From the NCBI GenBank assembly GCA_965223665.1, contig OZ245011.1, positions 896,001 through 960,000 of the forward strand: DNA of 64,000 bases, read 5' to 3'. Position numbers and translations under genes: made by a program. Within the stretch, counting starts at the first letter, position 1. The number at the start of each line of letters is the position of its first letter. The stretch comes from Nitrospinaceae bacterium (GTDB taxonomy: Bacteria; Nitrospinota; Nitrospinia; Nitrospinales; Nitrospinaceae). Positions 52,652-63,232 of this stretch are shown here, one piece after another. The notes beneath the pieces were generated by a model. The model was given only the letters and a program-made list of their open reading frames with translations. It was not told where the DNA came from and did not search any database.

Positions 52652-52966
52652 TTAATTTGATTGTTGACGAACGGCTTCGATTTCCTTGTCCATCGCTGAT
52701 TCCAGAAGCTCCTTTTCTTTAATAAACTCTTCTTTTAATTTCTCGGAAGCTTCTACTAACTCCTCCGGACGAACCCGGTCCTCTAAATGTTTTAATTTAT
52801 GTTGAAGGGTAACATCCTTGTCTGCAATTTTAGCTTTATACTCTTTCCGGATTTCCTTAATTTGATCTTTTTGTTTTTGAGTTAATTTTTTTTGATTTTT
52901 AGCTTCAGGAACTAACTTATTTGATTTCTCCAAACTAATTTCCCAAGCACTCTTTAAACCAGACAT
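52652..52966 (-). CDS. Hypothetical helical charged protein
   Basis: GAGG RBS, N-terminus LKSAWEISLEK, coiled-coil character. Confidence 0.65.
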   Translation of the reverse strand: MSGLKSAWEISLEKSNKLVPEAKNQKKLTQKQKDQIKEIRKEYKAKIADKDVTLQHKLKHLEDRVRPEELVEASEKLKEEFIKEKELLESAMDKEIEAVRQQSN

Positions 52967-53038
52967 TAAAAACCTCTTTCAAGTTACAAATATAAAACTT
53001 TTTATGAATATCAAACTAATTTTAATATTTCTTTACCA

Positions 53039-53494
53039 TTAACTTGCCTCTAATTGCGAGGTGCAATTTGGACAACGTGTCGCCTTGATAGGAATTGTAT
53101 TAAAACAAAAACCACAATCTTTAGTAGTAGGCTCTTCTTCCGGGACTTCTTCTTCTCGCTTTAGTTTATTAATTGCTCTAATTAACAAAAATACAGCAAA
53201 AGCCACAATTAGAAAACTAATAATAGCATTAAAAAACACACCATAATTTATTGAAACCGCACCAGCTGTCTTTGCATCAGCAAGAGATGCATAAGGTCCA
53301 GCCGTGGCCCCATCTTTAATAACCAGGAAAAGATTTGTAAAATCAACCCCCCCTAACAACATTCCAATGGGAGGCATCAGCACATCAGAAACTAATACTT
53401 TGACAATGGTTCCGAATGCACCACCAATAATTATACCCACGGCCATATCAACAACGTTTCCACGCATTGCAAACTCTTTAAATTCTTTAAACAT
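53039..53494 (-). CDS. mscL: Large-conductance mechanosensitive channel with C-terminal Zn ribbon
   Basis: [41 protein letters not shown], tail CGFC-x10-CPNC. ATG 53494 follows GGAGGGG. Confidence 0.93.
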   Translation of the reverse strand: MFKEFKEFAMRGNVVDMAVGIIIGGAFGTIVKVLVSDVLMPPIGMLLGGVDFTNLFLVIKDGATAGPYASLADAKTAGAVSINYGVFFNAIISFLIVAFAVFLLIRAINKLKREEEVPEEEPTTKDCGFCFNTIPIKATRCPNCTSQLEAS

Positions 53495-53819
53495 ATCCCC
53501 TCCTCTAATTTCAAAATGCAATTACAGAATGTGATGATGATGTAGTTTAAATTCAACGAATTTTATCATAAAAATTTATTCTTTTCCCAAAATAGGCCAA
53601 TAAAATTGATATTCTGGAATTCCATCTCCTAGAAACGAAATAATTTAAATTAATAAAAACAATATTTTTTATTTGAAAAATCCAAAACTGCATTAACATT
53701 AGTAAAACAGAAATTAAGAACACATTTAAATTTCAATTTTTCTCAAACCTATTTTCATTTAATTAAACTTTTATTATTGATTCCTAACTTTTTTAATTCA
53801 AATTTGAAAGGTCAACAGC

Positions 53820-54638
53820 ATGCTTAAGTCTTTAAACATTGATCAACTCATCACAAATTATTTAATTCCATGGGCCATTAATATAGTTTTGGCATTGGCA
53901 ATCTTTATAGTGGGTCGATGGATTGTCAAACTATTAGTCTCCTTGTGCAGAAAGTTACTTAATAAATCAAAAGTTGACGGTATGCTTGTAGATTTTATTT
54001 CTTCAATTGTCAGAGCAATCCTTTTATTGTTTGTTATTATTGCCTCATTAGATATGTTGGGAGTGGACACAACTTCTTTAATTGCTATGCTTGGAGCTGC
54101 CGGTCTTGCAGTTGGGCTTGCCCTCCAGGGATCCTTACAGAATTTCGCTTCAGGTGTCATGCTGATAATTTTCAGGCCATTTGATACCGGTGATTTTATT
54201 GAAGCTGGAGGAACTACCGGAACGGTTGAAAAAATAAGTATTTTCAGCACCATTCTGTTAACGCCTGACAATCGGGAAATTATTCTTCCTAACGGTGCCA
54301 TTTATGGTGGAACCATTACAAATTATTCTGCACGCGATACCCGGAGAGTGGACATGGTATTTGGAATTGGATATGGAGATGATATTAAAAAGGCTAAAAA
54401 TTTAATTTTAAAAATACTGGAATCGGACGAAAGAATTTTAAAGGATCCTGCTCCAGCTATTGCGGTAGGAGAGTTGGCAGACTCAAGTGTAAATTTCAAT
54501 GTGCGACCCTGGGTCAAAAAAGAGGATTATTGGCCAGTTAAAGGAGATATAACCGAACGAATCAAATTAGAATTTGATCAGGAAGGGATTTCTATTCCAT
54601 TTCCACAAATGGATGTCCATATGGATAACGCCGCATAA
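53820..54638 (+). CDS. mscS: Small-conductance mechanosensitive channel
   Basis: GAAGLAVGLALQGSLQNFASG, RPFDTGD, ISIPFPQMDVH. Confidence 0.93.
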   Translation: MLKSLNIDQLITNYLIPWAINIVLALAIFIVGRWIVKLLVSLCRKLLNKSKVDGMLVDFISSIVRAILLLFVIIASLDMLGVDTTSLIAMLGAAGLAVGLALQGSLQNFASGVMLIIFRPFDTGDFIEAGGTTGTVEKISIFSTILLTPDNREIILPNGAIYGGTITNYSARDTRRVDMVFGIGYGDDIKKAKNLILKILESDERILKDPAPAIAVGELADSSVNFNVRPWVKKEDYWPVKGDITERIKLEFDQEGISIPFPQMDVHMDNAA

Positions 54639-54643
54639 TTCTG

Positions 54644-54665
54644 GGGCTCGCAAGAGCCCTTTCTT
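54644..54665 (+). terminator. Rho-independent terminator after mscS
   Basis: GGGCTC-GCAA-GAGCCC followed by TTTCTT. Confidence 0.75.
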
Positions 54666-54760
54666 AAATTTTGAAATTTATCGTTATTCTTTTTCTTTTA
54701 TTTGAAAAACATCCTTTATAATTAATCTTAGTCCTGAATGTTAACCATTAATTCCATTTT

Positions 54761-55516
54761 ATGGCAACATCTTCAAAATCACCAAATGAGCGTAAAGCTT
54801 TAGTTCATCAATTAAAAAATTATTTGATTTTTCTTCGGGAAGCAGGCTATACCCATATACCATTAGAATCAAACCTTAGAATTTTTCCTTTAAGTTTTCC
54901 GGGAAAAGAAAAACCTCCTACTGACAACCTTGTTATGCCGGTCAAAAAAAGTAATAAAACCTTATTAGCTGAAGTTCAAAACGAATTAGGAGAGTGTACT
55001 CGCTGCAAACTATGCGATGGAAGAAAAAATATTGTATTTGGTTCTGGAAACCCGAATGCCAAACTAATGTTTGTAGGGGAAGGCCCTGGTGCAGATGAAG
55101 ATGAACAGGGTTATCCATTTGTCGGTCGAGCTGGGAAAAAATTAACAGAAATTATTGAAAATGGAATGCACCTGAATCGTTCCAAAGATACCTATATATG
55201 CAATATAGTGAAATGTCGCCCACCAAAAAATCGTGATCCTGAACCGGATGAAGTCGAAGCATGCAAACCCTTTTTGATAAAGCAAATTCAGGCCATTCGT
55301 CCAAAAGTTATTGTTGCACTGGGAAAGCCTGCCGCCAGCACATTACTTGGACGTAATGTTCCTATTACAAAAGAAAGAGGAACATGGCACGAATTTGAAG
55401 GAATTAAATTAATGCTTACTTTTCACCCGGCTTATTTACTCCGTTTTTATACATTGGAAAATCGAAAAGCCGTACTTGATGACATGAACAAAGTTTTAGA
55501 CGCACTTAAAAAATGA
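54761..55516 (+). CDS. Uracil-DNA glycosylase family 4
   Basis: CTRCKLC, VGEGPGADED, PFVGRAG, KCRPP, TFHPAYLL. Confidence 0.92.
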   Translation: MATSSKSPNERKALVHQLKNYLIFLREAGYTHIPLESNLRIFPLSFPGKEKPPTDNLVMPVKKSNKTLLAEVQNELGECTRCKLCDGRKNIVFGSGNPNAKLMFVGEGPGADEDEQGYPFVGRAGKKLTEIIENGMHLNRSKDTYICNIVKCRPPKNRDPEPDEVEACKPFLIKQIQAIRPKVIVALGKPAASTLLGRNVPITKERGTWHEFEGIKLMLTFHPAYLLRFYTLENRKAVLDDMNKVLDALKK

Positions 55517-56457
55517 ATAAGTCCCAAGAATCTATAAATCGATTAAAGCAAAATATCGAATCTGTTATTGTTGGAAAATCCGAAGTAATCGAGCAGACAA
55601 TAGTAACTTTAATTGGCCGAGGACATCTATTAATTGAAGATGTACCTGGGGTGGGAAAAAGTTCTTTAGCATTCAGTGTTGCTAAATCATTGGGATTAAA
55701 CTTTAATAGAATTCAATTTACTAATGACATCCTCCCTTCGGACATATTAGGGGTTTCTGTCTATAACCAAAAAGAAAGCTCGTTTCAGTTTAAGGAGGGA
55801 CCTATCTTTTCTAACCTGGTCCTGGCAGATGAAATTAATCGATCTTCCCCCAGGACTCAAAGTGCTTTACTGGAAGCCATGAACGAAAAACAAGTCTCCG
55901 TAGACAACCATACCTACAATTTAGAAGATCCTTTCATGGTTATTGCAACACAAAATCCAATTGAAAGTCATGGAGCCCACCCTCTTCCGGAATCGCAATT
56001 AGATCGTTTCATGATGTATGTCTCAATGGGATACCCTTCTATAGAACATGAAAAGAAATTACTTAGTCCCAACTCATCTACCAAAAACATTCGTGATTTA
56101 GAACCTGTTTTAAACAAGGAAGATGTTCTGCATCTTCAACAACAGGCTGACCAAGTTACAATGGAACCCATACTTATTGATTACATCTTGAATATAATTT
56201 CTGAAACCCGTCAATCTGAATATTTATCTTTGGGAGTCAGTCCACGCGGTGGACTTACCTTACAACAAGCAGCCCGAGCCCTCGCATTAGTCAAAGGAAG
56301 AGACTACTGCATTCCAGACGACATCAAGCAACTTGCTGTGCCAGTGTTGTGTCACAGGGTTATCCCAAAATCTCACCACAGCAACCACAAACGGTCCGTT
56401 GCAGATACTTCTGCAATTATTTTAGAAATTGTCGAAAAATTGGAAATTCCTGTTTAA
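55513..56457 (+). CDS. moxR: MoxR-family AAA+ ATPase
   Basis: HLLIEDVPGVGKS, RIQFT, LADEINR, ATQNPIE, LPESQLDRF. Confidence 0.92.
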   Translation: MNKSQESINRLKQNIESVIVGKSEVIEQTIVTLIGRGHLLIEDVPGVGKSSLAFSVAKSLGLNFNRIQFTNDILPSDILGVSVYNQKESSFQFKEGPIFSNLVLADEINRSSPRTQSALLEAMNEKQVSVDNHTYNLEDPFMVIATQNPIESHGAHPLPESQLDRFMMYVSMGYPSIEHEKKLLSPNSSTKNIRDLEPVLNKEDVLHLQQQADQVTMEPILIDYILNIISETRQSEYLSLGVSPRGGLTLQQAARALALVKGRDYCIPDDIKQLAVPVLCHRVIPKSHHSNHKRSVADTSAIILEIVEKLEIPV

Positions 56458-56499
56458 ACTAGAACTGTAATATTTAATCAAGAATATTATAGATACCCA

Positions 56500-57456
56500 A
56501 TGGATAATAAATTCGACCACAAAATCATTTTTAATCTCCACCTCAATAAGCGGTCCTTGGAATTAACCCGAGAAGGTGGTGGATTTTTGCTGCTTACTTT
56601 TGCTGTTGGAATGGGAGCAATTAATACTGGAAATAATTTGCTCTATTTAATATTGGCAATGTGTTGTAGCTTTATAGCAGTTTCAGGTATTCTTTCAGAG
56701 TTTTCGCTTAAAAAATTGGAGTTACAAGGATTCATTCCAAAAACTTTTTTTGCAGAAGATAGTGTTCCATTGACTTTAAAAATAACCAATAAAAAAAAGA
56801 AATTCCCGTCTTTTTCAATATTGGCTGAAGTTGTCCCAGAGCAATTCGCCAGAGTGAATGATGTATATTATTTTTCACAAATAGCCCCTGGGGACTCATT
56901 AGAAAGAACTCATCTATTTACTGTCTTTAAAAGAGGCCCTCTAAAATTTAGACATGTAATTATAAAAACTAGTTTTCCTTTTGGTTTTTTTATTAAATCT
57001 AAACCTATTCCGCTATCACTAGAAGCGTTAGTATATCCATCGATTAAGAAAATAAGTTTACCTGCACCCAATGAAATGGTTAATGATGGAGAAGGAGTTA
57101 TAGGTTCCTCTGGAGATGATTTGTACTCAATTAGAGAATTTCAACATGGAGACTCCCTTTCCAGTATTCATTGGAAATCCAGTGCAAGAACCGGACAATT
57201 CAAAGTTAAAGAATTTACTCAAGGCAGTCAGCATAGTTTTTCCCTCCTATTAAATATCTACGACTCCCATCAAAAGATGATTGATGAGGAAAGTTTAGAA
57301 CCCAAGGTCTCCGAAACAGCTTCATTGGCTTACCATTTAATAAAACGTGGAGATGAAGTCCGTTTAAAAACACATGACATAGAAACCAAATACGGAAATA
57401 CCGAATCCCATTTAGATGGAATTTTAGAATACCTTGCAGTCGTTGGTTTAAAATAG
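56500..57456 (+). CDS. DUF58-domain membrane protein (MoxR partner)
   Basis: AINTGNNLLYL, FPFGFF, IREFQHGD..IHWKSSAR. Confidence 0.88.
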   Translation: MDNKFDHKIIFNLHLNKRSLELTREGGGFLLLTFAVGMGAINTGNNLLYLILAMCCSFIAVSGILSEFSLKKLELQGFIPKTFFAEDSVPLTLKITNKKKKFPSFSILAEVVPEQFARVNDVYYFSQIAPGDSLERTHLFTVFKRGPLKFRHVIIKTSFPFGFFIKSKPIPLSLEALVYPSIKKISLPAPNEMVNDGEGVIGSSGDDLYSIREFQHGDSLSSIHWKSSARTGQFKVKEFTQGSQHSFSLLLNIYDSHQKMIDEESLEPKVSETASLAYHLIKRGDEVRLKTHDIETKYGNTESHLDGILEYLAVVGLK

Positions 57457-57468
57457 TCAACCTAATCT

Positions 57469-58014
57469 ATGAAAACTTCAATGCGTATTGTTGCTGTAAT
57501 TGGTTCAGGAAACGATTCCCATAAAGAATTGTCCGCTCCTCTGGGGCGTGGATTAGCTGAAAAAGGATATAATCTGATTAATGGTGGTGGACACGGGGTA
57601 ATGCAAGCTACATCGGAAGCTTTTTATAATGTTAAAACAAGATTGGGAAAGGTGATAGGGGTTTTACCTTCTCAGAACCCATGTGAATCAGCTAATCAAA
57701 GATCAAACTATAAAAACCCACCGGGTTATCCAAACTCTTTCATTGAACTCTCTATAAAAACGCACTTGCATTTAACAGGTGAATTTGGAAACCAATTAGA
57801 GAGCCGTAATCATATAATTGTATTAACGGCAGATATTATTATAGCTTTGCCCGGGGGCTCGGGAACCCGGTCAGAAATTCAACTTAGCCTGGATTACAAC
57901 AAACCCCTAATTCTACTTACACCTCACGGGGAATGGGACGAGTTTAATGATAAAAATATTACAAAAATAAGAACTGTAGAAGAAACTTTAAATCTGCTTA
58001 CGCAGCAGTTTTAA
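57469..58014 (+). CDS. LOG/SLOG-superfamily nucleotide-binding protein (molybdenum-cofactor-carrier-like)
   Basis: VAVIGSG, GGGHGVM, SRNHIIV, ALPGGSGTRSE. Confidence 0.8.
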   Translation: MKTSMRIVAVIGSGNDSHKELSAPLGRGLAEKGYNLINGGGHGVMQATSEAFYNVKTRLGKVIGVLPSQNPCESANQRSNYKNPPGYPNSFIELSIKTHLHLTGEFGNQLESRNHIIVLTADIIIALPGGSGTRSEIQLSLDYNKPLILLTPHGEWDEFNDKNITKIRTVEETLNLLTQQF

Positions 58015-58056
58015 ATAACTATTTACCTACTTAAAAAAAGCTTAGCCACTCTGGTT

Positions 58057-58836
58057 TTATCTTTTTAGAACTCTCTTGGAAAAATACTTTTTGGGAATGT
58101 TTACATCGAAATGAATTTCATCAAATTGATAAATAGTTTGGGTATTCTCTTTTAGCATATCTCTAAAAATCATTCGTCTTGGAAATAACCTGCCCTCTAT
58201 TGGAAAATAATCCTTAAATTCTATTTTCTTTAATAACTTGCCACTTTTTGCAAACCGCTCCTCTTTTAAGACAATTTTTTTCTTGGGGTCAGTCCATACT
58301 TTTCGAAATTGATAAGTATATTGCGGCTCTAATGCTGTCAGATCAAGTACCATACTTTGAATACCTTCTATGTTTTCAACTCCAGAAATTTTTGCTGAGT
58401 ATGAAATACTTAATTTTTTATCTTCCAACATATCTTCGTAAGACAAATCACTTCCCATCATGGATTGCCGAAGTAAATGTCCAGCAATCAAAATTTTTCG
58501 ATCAGTTTGGGGAGTATACATCCATAGTTTTCTATCCAGTTTTAACATTTTAGTTCCACGTTCACGGGCAGGAGATTTGTAATAGCTATAAGACTTAACT
58601 ACTCCTTCCATCCAGGTTTCCACTTCCATAGTTCGAACACGGCGTCCATTATCTACGATTAGTTTTCCTTCAATATGCTTTGTGTTTGACCATAAGTTAT
58701 CATCAATTTCTTTTAACAATACTTGGGGATCTATATCTTCGAGTTCATTTGAATAAACAAAGGAAATATTTAAGGAGCTTAAACCTGCAAAAAAAATTAG
58801 AGCCAGCAATAAATTGTAAAAAACCCTTTTCTCCAT
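58057..58836 (-). CDS. LolA-like outer-membrane lipoprotein-sorting protein
   Basis: Signal peptide, SPARERGTKMLK, LWMYTP, MMGSDLSYED, FAKSGKLLK. Confidence 0.8.
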   Translation of the reverse strand: MEKRVFYNLLLALIFFAGLSSLNISFVYSNELEDIDPQVLLKEIDDNLWSNTKHIEGKLIVDNGRRVRTMEVETWMEGVVKSYSYYKSPARERGTKMLKLDRKLWMYTPQTDRKILIAGHLLRQSMMGSDLSYEDMLEDKKLSISYSAKISGVENIEGIQSMVLDLTALEPQYTYQFRKVWTDPKKKIVLKEERFAKSGKLLKKIEFKDYFPIEGRLFPRRMIFRDMLKENTQTIYQFDEIHFDVNIPKKYFSKRVLKR

Positions 58837-58838
58837 TA

Positions 58839-60140
58839 CTATCCTGCTTCCATTTCGCGAAACAAATTGGCTTCAGACCTTTTAAAAATTGCCAAATTTG
58901 CTATTAAGTTACCAAATACGCTACAGGTAATTCCCGGAATTATTCCAAATAAAAATGCCTTCCAACTCAATCTAGCTCGAACCACATCATTTAACATCAT
59001 TCCCGATTTTTCAAAAAGCGTACCCATGCTAAGCCCAACCTCTTGCAAATAATAAACAATTCCACCACCCAAAAAGCAACCGGTAAGGGTTCCACCTATA
59101 CCTATTAATAATGCCTCACTTGCCATAAAGGTTACTAAACGTTTGTGGGTTTCACCTAAAGCTAATAATAAGCCTACTTCTCCATAGCGGTGAATGCCAT
59201 TTAAAAGTCCTGCGTTCCATAAAACAATGATCATCAAAATTGAGAAAATTCCAACTACAATATTTTTTATTAGTTCAAATTTTCTAGCCAATTCGAACAA
59301 ATTACGTTGGTCTAAAATCGAGAGAATAATTGGGACATCATCTTTTGCCCAACCCTTAGGTGGATTTTTTAAAATGCTTTCCAATTCTGTATCGATTTGA
59401 GCTTTCAAGAAAGCATATTCTTTATATGAGACCTCACCAGGAAGAAATCCCAACCAATCCGTTACTAAATCTTCCATATAAAAAGATTGTTGGGCATCTT
59501 TAATATCTATTATTGCCATTTTTTTATCCATCGCAGCAACACCAAATCGGATAAAACCGGAAACTTTATAATTATCTGTTGCTAATCCTCCATCAAAAGT
59601 TTGTCCCAATAAAGTTAAAGTATCTCCCAATTTCAATTTCAAGCTCTTTGCAAGTTTATATCCAACTAACATTTGATGAGTTTTAGTTGGCAATCTCCCT
59701 TCGGTAATAGAGGACTTTAAATCTAACCGCTCAATTTCTATCGAGTTTTCATCTAATAGATTTAAAGCCATCCCTGTTATTGGGGTTTGATGTAAAGTAT
59801 TTCCCTCGGAATCAGGAACGTCTAAAATAGCAGCCCAACGAATTCTCGGCGTCCATTTCACTCTGGGGTCCGAGTATTTTTCTAGCCAATCTTTAGTTTC
59901 TCTTTGAGCTCCCAAAGCCCTATCCATTGGATTTAAATGCTCTTCATCATAAAAAGGTTTATTAACAAATCGAAGATGACCTGTATCCAAATTGGCAGTT
60001 GTGTTTATCAGCCCCATAAAAACACCTTCCATAAAACCAATTAAATAAATCATCAAGGTCACACCCACCGTAACTACCAAAAATGGAAATAAAGACCTGG
60101 TTTTATCTCTTAGTAATCCTTTTAATATCCAACGAATCAT
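58839..60140 (-). CDS. ABC transporter permease, FtsX/LolE/MacB family
   Basis: N-terminal TM, large periplasmic loop, RYGEVGLLLALG, C-terminal TMs. Confidence 0.85.
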   Translation of the reverse strand: MIRWILKGLLRDKTRSLFPFLVVTVGVTLMIYLIGFMEGVFMGLINTTANLDTGHLRFVNKPFYDEEHLNPMDRALGAQRETKDWLEKYSDPRVKWTPRIRWAAILDVPDSEGNTLHQTPITGMALNLLDENSIEIERLDLKSSITEGRLPTKTHQMLVGYKLAKSLKLKLGDTLTLLGQTFDGGLATDNYKVSGFIRFGVAAMDKKMAIIDIKDAQQSFYMEDLVTDWLGFLPGEVSYKEYAFLKAQIDTELESILKNPPKGWAKDDVPIILSILDQRNLFELARKFELIKNIVVGIFSILMIIVLWNAGLLNGIHRYGEVGLLLALGETHKRLVTFMASEALLIGIGGTLTGCFLGGGIVYYLQEVGLSMGTLFEKSGMMLNDVVRARLSWKAFLFGIIPGITCSVFGNLIANLAIFKRSEANLFREMEAG

Positions 60141-61306
60141 GTGATTCCCTTACCTCTTAAAGCAAGTGTAGGATTGAGCTTAGAAATCTTTTTAACAGGA
60201 ACCCATGAAATCAAAACTATTATTGCAGAGATCACAAAAATCGTGGCTAATACTTCCCAAGCTTTTATCTCTAAAAATATATTTTCTCGCACAGGAATTT
60301 GAGACTCACTTAAATGAGACACATCCAAACCAACACTCTGAAACCACCCCAATATAAAAAAACCAAGGATAAAACCTAATATTATTGCGGCGGTTGCCGC
60401 CAGCACTCCTTCAAAAACAAAAAGCCTCACAATCCGTTGAGGTTTCATTCCCAATGCCATTAAAGTACCAATTTCCTTTTGTCTTTTAAAAATATTTAAA
60501 TACTGTGTATTAAAAACACTTATTCCCGCCAAAAAAATCATGATAAACCAAAGAATCACCGCATAGCGTTTATCCGTGCGAATTATATTTAAAATATCCT
60601 CAGTTAATTCATCGACTGATAAATATTCCAAACCCTCAACAGAACCGAGGAAATTAGCAACACTTACCCAGGTGATCTCTTGAGGACGTCGGGTTAATTG
60701 CCGCAGATGATCCAACCGTAACCACACCACCCCTTCATCAACCCTTGGATTTAACAGTGGAACAACATCCACAATCTCTGCATCCAGAGCATCCACAGCA
60801 CCTAATTTATCCCTCCATTTCAAAACAACAATATCTCCTAAACCGAGCTTTGCCTTATCTGCCATTTTGGATCCTAAAATTATTGGAACCACCCCATCCA
60901 CGCTAACTTTTTTTTCTTTTAATTTAACAAAAGGCAAGTCTAGTAAAGTTTGATCTATATTTATGCCCCGCAACTGTATGGGAAATAATCTTCTGCGAGG
61001 ATAAATTTCACCTTGTAATACTAATACCTCGGCTTTTTCTTTTGGAGAAAGAGACTTCAAAATTTGGGGAATAATTAGAGTGTGATCCTCCCATTCAGTG
61101 GGTGTCAATATATCAAACCCTGGAACTCGATATTGACCTCCCCCAACATCGGTTCGAATCATATTGAGTTGAGCCTGTTTTTGAAATCCATTATATAAAG
61201 AGAGATTAAAAACAATAGCCACCATTGTTAAGGCAATTACAATCACATTCAAAAATGCCCGGGTTCCTTGCCGGTAAAAATTTTTGAAAGCAATGCTTCT
61301 AATCAT
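60137..61306 (-). CDS. ABC transporter permease, FtsX/LolC family
   Basis: KRQKEIGTLMALGM and KLNPTLALR. Confidence 0.85.
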   Translation of the reverse strand: MIRSIAFKNFYRQGTRAFLNVIVIALTMVAIVFNLSLYNGFQKQAQLNMIRTDVGGGQYRVPGFDILTPTEWEDHTLIIPQILKSLSPKEKAEVLVLQGEIYPRRRLFPIQLRGINIDQTLLDLPFVKLKEKKVSVDGVVPIILGSKMADKAKLGLGDIVVLKWRDKLGAVDALDAEIVDVVPLLNPRVDEGVVWLRLDHLRQLTRRPQEITWVSVANFLGSVEGLEYLSVDELTEDILNIIRTDKRYAVILWFIMIFLAGISVFNTQYLNIFKRQKEIGTLMALGMKPQRIVRLFVFEGVLAATAAIILGFILGFFILGWFQSVGLDVSHLSESQIPVRENIFLEIKAWEVLATIFVISAIIVLISWVPVKKISKLNPTLALRGKGIT

Positions 61307-62010
61307 CTCAGTTCTCCATTGGGTAATTTTGCCTTATCCCACTTCACGTAACCATCTTCAAGGCGAACTTCTCTACGAATATATTTTGTAACTTTTTCAT
61401 CATGTGTACTGAAAATAAAAGCAGCCCCAAATTTTTGGTTGAGGTCCCTCATTAAATCAAGAATGTGATAAGAGTTTTCAGCATCAAGGTTTGCTGTGGG
61501 TTCGTCCGCCAAAACAATAGAAGGTTTCTTTACTAAAGCTCGTGCAATCGCCACTCTTTGGCATTGTCCCCCAGACAATTCATTAGGTTTTTTATTCGCC
61601 TCCGGAGTCAACCCAACTAAATCAACCAAGGAAAGGACTTGATCCCGAACCTTATTTTCTTGTTCATTATTCAAAAGTAGAGGAAATAAAATATTCTCAT
61701 AAACTGTGTAAACCGGGAGCAAATTATAAGATTGGAAAATAAAACCAATATTAAGCCTGCGCAAATCAGCCAAATCTTCTCGACTCATTAAATTTAAATT
61801 GTCCCCATTAACTTTTATTTCTCCCTGTGTAGGTCTGTCCAAACCCCCAATTAAATTTAATAAAGTAGTTTTTCCGGATCCTGAGGGCCCCACAAAAGAC
61901 ATAAATGCACCTTTTTCAATTTCTAAATCAATCTGGTGCAAAGCCGTGAAGTTTTGTTGGCCCACTTGAAAAACCTTAGATACATTTTTTATTTCTACAA
62001 TTGAAGTCAT
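61303..62010 (-). CDS. ABC transporter ATP-binding protein (LolD-like)
   Basis: GPSGSGKTT, IGFIFQSYNL, LSGGQCQRVAIARAL, DEPTANLD. Confidence 0.92.
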   Translation of the reverse strand: MTSIVEIKNVSKVFQVGQQNFTALHQIDLEIEKGAFMSFVGPSGSGKTTLLNLIGGLDRPTQGEIKVNGDNLNLMSREDLADLRRLNIGFIFQSYNLLPVYTVYENILFPLLLNNEQENKVRDQVLSLVDLVGLTPEANKKPNELSGGQCQRVAIARALVKKPSIVLADEPTANLDAENSYHILDLMRDLNQKFGAAFIFSTHDEKVTKYIRREVRLEDGYVKWDKAKLPNGELR

Positions 62011-62018
62011 TTTAATAA

Positions 62019-63149
62019 TTAATAAAATATGATGACAAATAAGCCCACCCGGGATTCGGTACCGGTAACAACTGGACCCTGACGAAACAACCTACCCGTT
62101 AAATTATTTCCATCGATGCTACCGCCAACTTGAGCTTGCAAATAAAGATAGACCTGTTTCCACACGTTATATTCAATTTGGGGAACAAATTGAAAACTCC
62201 TATCTCCAAAATCATAAAATGTAAATAATCTCCAAACAAGATCAATACCAATGGGTTGATCCAGTTGCAAACCCAATTGCTGAATTGTCTTATCCCTTTT
62301 TATGTCCATAACAGCAAAACCGGATTCTTGGGTCCGCAAAAAATACTCAAAAAGAACGTGCAAACCTTGACCCAAATTAAAAGTGTAATCAATTCCAAAA
62401 ACGGTATCAAAACGGAGCGGATCACCCGGACGATTCAATTGGAAATCTAATCGACTCTCATTCCAAAATCCTACCTCTACTTCACCCTTTAAATGATAGC
62501 CTAATTGTAAAAGTTCTTGGTTAAACCCGGACAAAAACCTTAAATCGTTCACAGGATTGTATTGGATAGCAAACCCAGCATCTAGAATTCCAATTTCTCT
62601 TTCACCCCTTAGGCCGAAAATAAAACGATCACTTAAATCTCCAGGAACTATCCACCCTTCAATAAGCGAAGTAGAGGATAAAAAATAAGTACTTCTCAAC
62701 CCATCCACACCTCGAGTAAGCGGAATGATTCCAGAAATAATTCGTGTATCGAAAAACCCTAATGGGCGGTACAAGGCTCCTGATCCAAACAAAATTTGCT
62801 GCCTACCTACACGAACTTTAAAATCTCCTTTTTCCAAACGGATCCAACCACGAAAAATTTCCGCGTCATATTCCTCAGCTATACCGGTTTGTTCACGGAT
62901 TCCACCTGTGTAAAGTAAATCCAAAATAATTTCGTAATCTAAAACGTAATTATTTTTTTCAAAGAGATTTCCTACCAAACCGCTTCTTATTTCTACTTCT
63001 GAATCTAAGTGTGTAAATCCTTGAGGAGGATCAACCAGGACAAATGATCCCGCACGAAATCGTCCTTCAAAATTCCAATCAAACGCTTTAACCGGATTAG
63101 GAAGCAACAAAAGTAAAATACAAAAAGCGAATCGGGAAATGGTGGTCAT
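62019..63149 (-). CDS. Putative outer-membrane beta-barrel protein
   Basis: Signal peptide (VKA/F), amphipathic beta strands, GRQQILFGSG...GVDG porin-like motif, terminal aromatic residue. Confidence 0.65.
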   Translation of the reverse strand: MTTISRFAFCILLLLLPNPVKAFDWNFEGRFRAGSFVLVDPPQGFTHLDSEVEIRSGLVGNLFEKNNYVLDYEIILDLLYTGGIREQTGIAEEYDAEIFRGWIRLEKGDFKVRVGRQQILFGSGALYRPLGFFDTRIISGIIPLTRGVDGLRSTYFLSSTSLIEGWIVPGDLSDRFIFGLRGEREIGILDAGFAIQYNPVNDLRFLSGFNQELLQLGYHLKGEVEVGFWNESRLDFQLNRPGDPLRFDTVFGIDYTFNLGQGLHVLFEYFLRTQESGFAVMDIKRDKTIQQLGLQLDQPIGIDLVWRLFTFYDFGDRSFQFVPQIEYNVWKQVYLYLQAQVGGSIDGNNLTGRLFRQGPVVTGTESRVGLFVIIFY

Positions 63150-63177
63150 TGGACCCCAATGTTAGGAAGGGATTGTA

Positions 63178-63217
63178 TTACCGACCCAAGGATTTAAATC
63201 AACACCCGGGTCGGTAA
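63178..63217. terminator. Intergenic hairpin with a 10-bp stem
   Basis: TTACCGACCC (63178-63187) pairs with GGGTCGGTAA (63208-63217). Confidence 0.5.
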
Positions 63218-63232
63218 ACATTTAATTCAGGT

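Noticed and set aside
53858-54301. 147-aa antisense ORF over mscS, and similar shadow ORFs across the window
   Set aside because: They lie fully opposite or inside confidently identified genes and show no motifs of their own.
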